Source: Antedon mediterranea (lineage: Eukaryota; Animalia; Echinodermata). Taken from it: a stretch of 64,000 bases of DNA. The notes under the pieces were generated by a model, which saw only the letters and a program-made list of their open reading frames with translations, made no database searches and had not been told where the DNA came from. Positions within the stretch are counted from its first letter, which is position 1, and each line of letters opens with the position of its first letter. Positions 27,001-51,079 of this stretch are shown piece after piece. The stretch covers positions 9,662,201 to 9,726,200 of the forward strand of contig NC_092670.1 of assembly GCF_964355755.1 (NCBI RefSeq), in the 5' to 3' direction. The position numbers and the translations under genes were made by a program.

Positions 27001-28525
27001 CTGCGGTGGAATACAAACAGGAAGACAGGTGGCGTATACAGGAATGGCGAAGGCACTAAAATACACGGATGCGTTCAGGTCGATGGTAACATCGATGATG
27101 CTGGCCAATTCAAAAAGGCACGAAATTCCTGTGCTACCGACAATGCAGGTCAGCAATAGTAGTGACAGAGGCGTCTAGGCTAGTAGAGGTGACCCTGGAA
27201 AACAAGGCTATTGATGCCCTGGGAGATAACAACAAACAGAAACGCATGCAGGAGATGGGCAGGGACCACTCCAAGGCGAAGGGCAGTGTTGGCGACTTCA
27301 CGGAAGATGATCCAGAACAGCTTCCGATGCCCATCGTGGAGGTTGCCACCGATGCTGACGGGAAGAAGAGGATAAAACTTCATATGGCCATAGCTTGCAC
27401 ATATCGAAACAGTGAGGATGCGTTGGCTCCGGAAGGAATATGCCTTCAGACCGAAAATGGAAACGTGAGAGCTGCAATTATGCCGTTTTCGGCCTTGAGA
27501 AATATGATGACACTGCATAATTGGGGAAGAGGACGAAAACACAAATGACCAGATGTTTGACCGGATATCAAAACTTCCCTTTTACTCGGTTGAAGAAGAT
27601 GCGCACATGCTCTACTTCTTCGTCGTCATTGATGATGATGATGACAACAACAAACGACGACAAAAACAAAATAATATTGGAAATTAAGAAGAAAAACAGG
27701 AAGACATCAAGTTTTAGAAATTAAATTTATCTGATCCAAGCTGAGGATGTCTAGAAAACTAAGAAAAATTAGAAGAGGAAAGAAATAATTTAAAACAATT
27801 GGTGCTTTAAAAGAAGCAAAAAAACATTCGACTGTCAGGAGAAATAAGACAATTAAATCGCCGCTTGCAAAGTCGTGCAAGCGTAATATCCTATTTGGAA
27901 AACCAAAATTTTAATCTGAACAGAAGATTAGAGGAAGTAGAAGAAGAAGTGATACCAGATGAAGAAATTATTAATAACGCAGAAATACCAGATGAAGAAG
28001 AAGTGGTAACGGAAGAAGAAGAACAACGTCTAGTTATACAACCAGACGATGAAGTTGTACTGTATATATCGAATAACTGTAAGTAATTTGAAATAATTTT
28101 AAAATTAAATAACATATTATCAAAAGTTTTAAATTTCATTCAATTTGTTATCTTATTTTTATATGCTAAAGACCAGGTGCGGGCCAAACAAAAAAACAAA
28201 AAAACTTTCTATTGATCATACATTCCAATAATTATCGATCTATAGTTTGCCCTAATATGTTTCATCATTTTTTTTGCGGGGGGGGGGGGGGGGGGGGTTA
28301 ATTGTGTTAACACAAGCTTGTTGAAAATAAGCACTTGTTTTTTTAATCAGTGGAAGGGGGGGGGGGCGTGGGGATAGACAAAACAAATTATTTTGTTTAA
28401 AATTCATGCCTTGTACATGAGCTGTATAAGAAAACCTTTTATCACTTATTGAATATTTATTTACAGATATTTATAGCGAAGACTCGTTGGGGGCGAAGAA
28501 ACACCATATTGCAGTAGTAGTAGTA
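24058..28525 (+). repeat. ~1.9-kb direct duplication (24058-25920 vs 26660-28525) of OB/ankyrin/Sola2/ORF-X/coiled-coil modules
   Basis: Near-identical sequence at an offset of about 2.6 kb, with scattered substitutions (e.g. CAG/TAG in ORF-X). Confidence 0.85.
25160..25482 (+). pseudogene. Coiled-coil plus acidic ORF family (copies ~15870-16078, 16456-16555, 27765-28086, 31227-31420, 32437-32637)
   Basis: MAQAQV(V/I)MF..EEK...L.L.MK.KN.RL..EIR.LNR.LQ.RAGVI.YLE followed by E-rich repeats ending IxPDEE(I/V)(V)YI; several divergent paralogues. Confidence 0.55.
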
Positions 28526-28899
28526 GTAATAGTAGTAATAGTAGTAGTAATTACTATTAAAAAACTAAAAGAAAAAAAATAAATGATTTGTGTGATTTAA
28601 TAATATATAGTTTCTATAATTTATATAGACAATAATTTTCAAAAGATGGCGACGGACGTATTCTTTATTTTTTTTTTTTTGCAATGACAGTGATACCGTT
28701 TTAATAGGTACACACTTTGACAGTCTGACGGCGGCACGCATTAACCTTTGTGGTTGGTGCACGCTTTATCATCCTCCTCGATAAATATTATTGTTGAAGA
28801 TGTTTGTTTAAGACTTGCTGATACGATTATATGATGAGCAAGGAGAAACTCCCATTTTCTCTTGTTTGTGTTTGTATGCGTGTGTGTGTGACCAATTGT

Positions 28900-29490
28900 A
28901 ATAGCGTATTTTTTGATGACGACGATGACATCATCGATAACAAATCCAATCGGAACGCACTGTATTTTACTTGACTTTTCCTGATTGGCCAAATCCTACT
29001 TTTATGGGTGTGGGTGACTTTAACAACATCAAACCAATCATAAAATAGCGTTATTTTTTTTTTATGACAACGATGATATCATTGATAACAAATCCAATCT
29101 TAGCACACTGTATTTTACTTGACTTATCCTGATTGGCCAAATCCTACTTTTGTGGGTGTGTTAACAACATCAAACCAATCGTAATAGCGGATTTTTGTTG
29201 ACGTTAACAAAACCAATCGTATTAGGGCATTTTTGTTAAAGATGACATCATCGATAACAAAACCAATCGTAATAGCGCATTTTTGTTAACTATGACATCA
29301 TCGATAACAAAACCAATCGTAATACATCGTAGTATTTTACTTGACTTTTTCCTGATTGGCCAAAATCCTACTCGTGTTCACGGTGTGGGCGGGAAAACTT
29401 AATCGACATTAAACCAATCGTAACACCGTATTTGTGGTTGTCGATGACATCATCGATAACAGCCCAAATGATAGAGTGTATAAAACAAAA
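28900..29490 (+). promoter_or_regulatory. Repetitive enhancer/promoter-like array (CCAAT, TGACATCA, ATCGATA) ending in a TATA box
   Basis: About 11 CCAAT boxes (both strands), repeated GATGACATCATCGATAACAAAACCAATCGTAAT units, GTATAAAA at ~29478; YY1-like AAGATGGCG at ~28643; donor AG|GTAAGC at ~29983. Confidence 0.45.
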
Positions 29491-30629
29491 ACGATATTTT
29501 CATTCTCTCTCTCTCTCCAATAAACCCCAAGTGCAAGCGGAGTCCACAGTAACGAGTCGCTGATAAGCCGGTGTTTGACTGTCCTTAGCCATCTTGACCT
29601 CGATCTCTACGAACGAACGATGCGGATCTTGTTTGTCTTCTGTAAGATGGGTACTGTTATTCGCTTACGAATACTGCTCGCTGTGGATAATAATACAAAA
29701 GCAAGGTCGCCACCTCCCTCCCCCTTGGCCGAATGAAACTCTTTTTTTGGAGTGAAGAACGGGAAATGCGAAAGTTTTCTCATCGGAAGGGAGTTCGCAG
29801 CTCTCTTTCCCTCGTCGGAAGCTGTAGCCGGGGGTGGGGGAGAGGAGCAACGTGTCACACATCGAAGGGATTAAGGGGGATGCACCGAATATTAGACGGT
29901 GCGACTCGGCTTTGCAGATGGTCAAACCGGATGACGCCTTCCCTATCCCAAACCAACGACAACGCCACAAAGTTCACGCCAGGTAAGCCTTTTTTTTTAT
30001 ATATATATATATATTTTTTTATATTATACATTGCTTTCGTCTGGTATCACAACATCGCCACTCTCCCTCTACCTCCCACCCATAGTAGGCCTATAAATTT
30101 ACGTGTAAGGGCAAACAAAAAACAAAAACAAAAAAACTCGGTAAATCGCGCGGGATCCCCCCTGTTTGGAACAAAATCGTCGTTGAACCTAAATTCGTTT
30201 TAATTATTATCAATAATCTATAATAAGATATCTTAGTTTTCTAGATGTAGAAAACTAAGATATCTTATTATATAGGTCTTTGTTTTCTTGATTAGTTTTC
30301 TAGACACTTCAAGCTGAGTGAAAAATAATTTTTTAGAGGGCGCTTCTTTACTTCTTGTCCTGTTATCAAGAAATTAAAATCATCAGTCTGTTGGAGCAAA
30401 AGAGTAATTCTGATGAAGAGAAAAATGTTCAGTCGTTCAAAAAGAGAAAATTTGAAAGGTTCGATGTATCGATTCCAGGCCCTTGGACACATTTTAAAAT
30501 GTTGAAGACCAGGTGCGGGCAAAAAACGTAAGAGACAGACATGTTTAACTTGAGCTCCCACTCACCGGATTCTAAACTACTCTCAGTAAATAAGTTTACA
30601 ATCAACTCAAAGTGACCACAGTTATAGTT

Positions 30630-31157
30630 TATATAGGGTCGTACAGGAAATTTAAAAAATTTGCCCACCACAGGTACCTCCCCGAATTTGAAGGGTATGC
30701 CAACACCCTCTACAGCCAAACGGAGAAGTGGCAGTCTTCTCTTAACAAGCTGAAGAGGGCAAGTTATGCTGAGGTAGCTGTCGAAGCAAGGCAGAAAAGA
30801 CTCAGACACCAAGAGTGTAACCGCCTCATTGGGAGATACCCATAAAGGAAGAGGCAATCAACATTCTAAGCATGTCGGAAGACGATACCTTGGTATGCAA
30901 CGATTAGAATTTTGTACTGGTACGTGATTACATCATGATGCTGCTAGTACAAAGTTCTGACCAGCACAGCGGATGCGTTCGTCATCTAACATGCCAAGAT
31001 ATTTTTATGGCCGAAAATGTGCAAGACCAGTGGATAATTCTGAAAACCTACCCACAAGACTGCTTCGTCTAGTGGAGCTGCTAGAATTTTCTCTGTTTGA
31101 AGCAGATTATTGGTTAGTAGGGAAATATATCCAGCGTATTCGGCCGTTTGCCAAGAT
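30630..31157 (+). pseudogene. Tyrosine recombinase (type B) N-terminal and box-I fragment
   Basis: IGSYRKFKKF...EKWQSSLNKLKR (core-binding-like) then VRDYIMMLLVQSSDQHSGCVRHLT ... KTASSSGAARI ... YIQRIRPFAK. Confidence 0.65.
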
Positions 31158-31589
31158 GATGAGATATTTTCATATAAATTTAGAATCACCGCGCCGGTAT
31201 TTTTTTAAATATAATTATTTATTACGATGGCACAAGCCCAAGTAGTTATGTTTATTATGGAGGACAAAAATAAAATGTTAGAAGAGGAAAAAAAATTTTT
31301 AAAAGAATTGGTTCTTCAAATGAAGCAAAAAAACAACAGACTTTCCGGCGAAATAAGACATTTAAATCGTCGACTGCAAAGGCGAGCAGGAGTCATTTCT
31401 TATTTTGAAAATAAAAATTTTGTATTTACTGTTTGTATTGTTTCAGGGTCCCTAACAGTGTTCAGCTTATGCTGGATGGATCACCCACATCAATTATTGT
31501 TAAAAAAAATAAATAAATAAATAATTGACCAATAGTAACTTACACTAAACTCTTGACCAATCACGAATGGCTTTGATAGGAGGTTTCGG

Positions 31590-31960
31590 CGCAAAGAGAG
31601 GGGGATGATGACGGAAGAGGAAGGAGAACGTCTGAGAATAAAACCGGACGAAGAAATTGTATATATTGATTAACCATTCTCTTCGAATGAAGACTAATAA
31701 GGGAAGAACGTATAGAAGAACCAGAAATTGATTTTGAAAGAAGAATACCGGTAACGGAAGGGGAAGAAGAACGTCTGAGAATAAAACCGACAAAGAAATT
31801 GTATATATTGATTAACCATTCTCTTCAAATGAAGACTAATAAGGGAAGAACGTATAGAAGAACCAGAAATTGATTTTGAAAGAAGAATACCGGTAACGGA
31901 AGGAGAACGTCTGAGAATAGAACCAGACAAAGAAATTGTACTGTATATATTGATTAACCA
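31590..31960. repeat. Three ~125-130-bp tandem units of the acidic ORF tail
   Basis: GAACGTCTGAGAATA..ACC.GAC.AAGAAATTGTA..ATTGATTAACCA repeated three times. Confidence 0.7.
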
Positions 31961-32240
31961 ACTGAGTTTGTTTGAAGCAGATTATCGGTTTGCCAAGACG
32001 GTGGTGGAGGATGACTATTTTTCCTTCACTGATGTCAAAGGCAAAAGCTGACCTTCTCTGCCTTTGACAAACGGCTGATAATTGTATGGAAAAGTGCTGG
32101 GAAGAACACCAAATTTAGCTGTTCGCAGCTTAGAAAATTTTTCACAATTGCCATTAAGACTCTAAAGTGAGAGTGCTTTTGGCAGCTCATCTCACCCACC
32201 ATCCATCCACAGCAGACAGACACTACTCCTTACAACAAGG
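31960..32240 (+). pseudogene. Tyrosine recombinase (type B) C-terminal fragment (copy)
   Basis: VWKSAGKNTKFSCSQLRKFFTIAIK / LAAHLTHHPSTADRHY. Confidence 0.7.
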
Positions 32241-33364
32241 CTTTCATGGAAACAATATCAATTACACCTCTTTTACACTCTGCATTGACCAGCTCATCTC
32301 CACAGAAAACATATTTATTCCATGACCCTCCTGCTCTTAAGATATCAAAGCCCCACAGTGCACAACATTTTTTGTCTGACAACAAACAGACATCATACCC
32401 CAAGACTAACACTCACTATTTAGGTATTTTGTAATTATGGCACAAGCCCAAGTAATTATGTTTGTGATAGAGGAAAAAATTAACAAATTAAAAGATTTAA
32501 AAAAATTGTACAAAGATTTGACTCTTCGCTTGAAGACAAAAAATAAAAGACTTTCTAGAAAAATACGAAATTTAAATCGTCAAATGCAAAGGAGAGAAGG
32601 GGTTATTTTCCAGCTGATGGCTGTATACATTAACTGATGACTGATAACTCTAAGTGATTTGAAATAATTAAAGTAAATAACATATGAAAGGTTTAAATTT
32701 CATTCAATTTGTTATCTTATTTTAAACGTTAAAGGCCAGGTGCGGCCAAAAAACATAAGAGACAGACATGTTTAACTTGAGCTTCCACTCACCGGATTCT
32801 AAACTACTCTCAGTAAATAAGTTTACAATCAACTATGATTGATGGAACTTTAAGGCATAGTTATACCACACAGCATTATTAGATCAACAAGTTGCTGTTT
32901 AGATAACAAGAAATTGTGATTCACAGACACATATGGAGGCCTTACAATTAAATGATGGGACAAATGCATTTTCTGGCAGTAATTAAATCAGAGATAGTAA
33001 CTTTAGTGGAATTCTATTACAGATGACATATATATCTGAGATTTGAGTTTTCTAGATCTTAGTTTTTTAGACACCCAATTATTGGCAACCAATTATTTTC
33101 AATGTGTCCTATCATTGTGCGCACATAATGGTTTTAACAACAATTTTTTAAACTGAATCAATTCATATAAATATTGCAAAACTGAAAAGTCATGGACTAT
33201 ACTCATCTATAAGAAAACAATATTCAGTATCAGCCTAACATCTGAAGGAGAGTGATGAATAGTTGACACTACTTTTGTGCAAAACCTACATTCCATTCAT
33301 GCTTTCGTACTGTCTGCACCAACAGATTCATGTTGTGGGTTCTAATAATCGGCTTCTTTGTTTG

Positions 33365-33910
33365 CTCCAATTGACTTGTGTAACTTCTTCCAATTGACTT
33401 GTGTGGCTTTGAACTTTTAAATTGACTTTTGGGACTTCTACCAATTGACTAGTGTGGCTTCATCTAATTGACTGATGTGACTTCTACCAATTGACTAGTG
33501 TGGCTTCATTTAATTGACTGATGTGACTTCTACCAATTGACTAGTGTGGCTTCATCCAATTGACTGATGTGACTTCCACCAATTGACTAGTGTGGCTTCA
33601 TCTAATTCAAGACTGATGTGACTTCTACCAATTGACTAGTGTGGCTTCATCTAATTGACTGATGTGACTTCTACCAATTGACTAGTGTGGCTTCATCTAA
33701 TTGACTGATGTGACTTCTACCAATTCACTAGTGTGGCTTCATCCAATTGACTAGTCTGGCTTTGAACTTTTAAATTGACTTTTGTGGCTTCTACCAATTG
33801 ACTGATGTGACTGATGTGACTTCTACCAATTGACTGATGTGACTTCTTGACTTGTGTTGTTTCTTCAAAATGACTCATGTAACTTCTTCCAATTTAATTG
33901 TGTGGCTTCT
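33365..33910. repeat. 23-bp minisatellite with a 46-bp dimer higher-order structure
   Basis: Alternating CAATTGACTAGTGTGGCTTCATC / TAATTGACTGATGTGACTTCTAC units. Confidence 0.85.
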
Positions 33911-34246
33911 TCTAAATGATTCCTTCCAATTGACACCAGTGTTCTTTCATTTGGTTGACTTGTATGGCTTTCTTCAAATGACCTGAGTGGTCTGTGTTCC
34001 GCATTCAATATGGTGTCGGGAAAAAGATCTTACTTTTATCATCTTTAGTGAATAAAAATCCACTCCAATGCCCACTGACAAGTATTATACACAAAGTAGT
34101 CAGAATACGATGTCTCTGGCATTGACCACTCTTTATTAGTTATCTGCCCTTTTCTGTCACAAGACGAGATCATGTCCAGAATTATACTCACGTATTCAGA
34201 AAACTAAGTATCTGACCTTTATCCACCACTATTTACTGGTAATCGG

Positions 34247-48850
<14,604 letters not shown>

Positions 48851-49150
48851 TCAGGTTTGAAAAATACAGTACCGTATTTTAACTGATTTTAACTTGTTTC
48901 TGGAAAGAAAAATATACAAGTTAAACTTACCACTAAAACAATTTTTTGCTTTAATTAAATTACATTTTTTCAGATAAATAATTGTTTGGTTAACATGAAA
49001 AACTATTATGTGACAATAAAATGACACCATGGAGGTACAGTACCATTCACCTCCATGAGGCCTAATTTACGTCTAAGAAATCGAGACGAAACAGGCATGA
49101 ATTTTATAATATATAATATCTGGTTAATTGTACATAATCAAATATTTTAT

Positions 49151-49315
49151 TCCAGCGAAAAAAACACCACAGTGTATAAGTATAGGCGCCGCGACTGCAC
49201 CGAGAAAAACGCCGGTGACAAGCACCGAGAAAAACACCGGCGACAAGCACCGCAAAAAACGCCGGTGACAAACACCTATGGCTATGCTTATACACTGTGG
49301 TGTTTTTTTCAATGG
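49151..49315. repeat. Small foldback with internal ~25-bp direct repeats upstream of METTL5
   Basis: GAAAAAAACACCACAGTGTATAAG ... CTTATACACTGTGGTGTTTTTTTC enclosing three AAAAAC(G/A)CCGG(T/C)GACAA units. Confidence 0.6.
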
Positions 49316-50215
49316 ATTTTAAGTAGCGAAAAAAAATTTTCTAATTTTTTTCAATTATTCTCGAAACCTCGACTAAGAAATACCGGAATGGTGTCCGGCG
49401 GGGGACAGTTTATTAGTATTACCATTTAGTTAAGGTCTAAAATGTAAAGCACCTAGACTAGGAGAGGGGTCAGTGATCCATTAGGCGCTATAAATACCTG
49501 TACTGTTTATTATTATTATTATTACACAGTGATGTAGGCCAATTTTTAAGAACATTTTGCAGTAAAGATGTTGTCCATACGACTACTGTCCGTTGAGTTT
49601 TTAAGTAACTTGTCATCCGAAAATAGGCTGAAAACGCTATGTTATTTCTGTTGGTTAAGCTTCGTTGCACGGCATTGTTTGTCACATTGATCGAAGATGT
49701 CGTATTGTAAACAAATTGTCAACAAATAAAAAGTAAACCGAATTTACATATTATGCGCAGTTTGTTGTGCTGCATGAAATGTGACAAAAATTATACAAAA
49801 CACTCACAACTTTTTTTTTAAAATATGCTTCCAAATATATAACATTTTAACAACAATTGTTGAAGCGAGTTCGAAAATAACACGCTGTTCCTCTCGAAAA
49901 CGCGACGGGCGTGTGTTATTGTAAACATACAACAAGGTAAAATCGTCTAAAATCCATCATTATTTGTAATAATCACTATTTTGAAGCTTGTATACAATAA
50001 ATATATAATAAATGTAGATTATGTATCCAGTTATGGTGTCTAAATCGTCCTATTTCCGTGTAAAAAGTGTTCTAATCTACATACCAAAATCGAATCGTGG
50101 CCGTGTACCTCCTACACCTAGGGCAGCGCCATTTTGTTTACCTTTATTCCGTAACATGATGAACCCTGACATGTCAGATGCATTTGATTATATGGGCATG
50201 AAATATTTTTTTAAA

Positions 50216-50968
50216 CGCTGTGGCTAAAGATACGGTACCGTATTCTAACTTCTGTTTACTAAAGGTACGGTAAAATTGCATTACGTCATAATCAGCCAAT
50301 GGGGTGCTGGTACGTGTGTGACGTCATCGTATAAGGACTATTCTTTTTCATATCGCGTCTGTTGTGTTGTATGTAGAGAATTCCTGTCGGCGGCGCCAGG
50401 CTGCATGGATGTGTGCGCTGATGAGGGTTTTATTTTTATTCCAAATGGCCTTTATGCCTATATTTTTTATTAAACTTTGTTTACAATGGTGACCATAAAC
50501 AACAAGCAAATGCGGACAATAAAGGGGTCCTCAAATACTATGATTTTTAGACAGTAGCCCCAGGTCTGAGTCACAGAAATCAGCGCACACACGCGGCTGG
50601 CCCCAGCCTGGCATCGCTTTCCCTACACAAACAAACTCATAATGAGGTTATGGTACGTAGGCCTAGGCCTCTTTTGAAACGGTTTTTTGTATTCTAGAAT
50701 TAAAATCCGACATGTTTTGGCTTTTCAATAATAATAATAATAACAGACGTAGGCTACATTTAGTTTTTGTCACACACGACGGCGATAAATGAAGCATAAA
50801 GAAAATGCGGTTGATCACTGTTTTCGCGATATGAAAAAAATCCTAAGTCTTATACGATGACGTCACACATGTACCAGCACCCCATTGGCTGGTTATGACG
50901 TAATGCAATTTTACCGTACCTTTAGTAAACAGAAGTTAGAATACGGTACCGTATCTTTAGCCACGGCG
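50216..50968. mobile_element. MULE-like MITE, 753 bp, intact
   Basis: ~120-bp TIRs, 9-bp TSD TTTTTTAAA; near-identical inverted copy of 43106-46472; TIRs contain TGACGTCA and CCAAT. Confidence 0.9.
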
Positions 50969-51079
50969 TTTTTTAAACTCTCTGCACGCAGTTTTGACAA
51001 ACATTTGGATACCAAAACTTGTGGTTTCATAAGTTTTCGGCGTATTTTCGTCTAATTTTCTGCAAGCTACACATCGGAG

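Larger units (their letters stand above)
3880..32830 (+). other. Mosaic array of co-oriented, shuffled and duplicated mobile-element/virus-like fragments (candidate piRNA cluster)
   Basis: The same modules (LTR end+leader, gag, GC-rich repeat, ORF-X, 21-mer array, OB-fold, ankyrin, Sola2-like, YR, coiled-coil) recur 2-10 times in different combinations; all translatable fragments read on +. Confidence 0.7.

Noticed and set aside
28514-28560. Telomere-like terminus of an element
   Set aside because: Short (GTA/ATA)n microsatellite, not a canonical telomeric repeat.
29607-30203. Protein-coding ORFs (156 aa +; 83 and 101 aa -)
   Set aside because: No recognisable motifs; the + ORF runs through a splice donor and an (AT)n tract; more likely a non-coding leader.
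50216-50968. piggyBac terminal repeats for the adjacent transposase
   Set aside because: Both TIRs lie upstream of the ORF, the TSD is 9 bp rather than TTAA, and an independent twin exists; it is a separate MITE.
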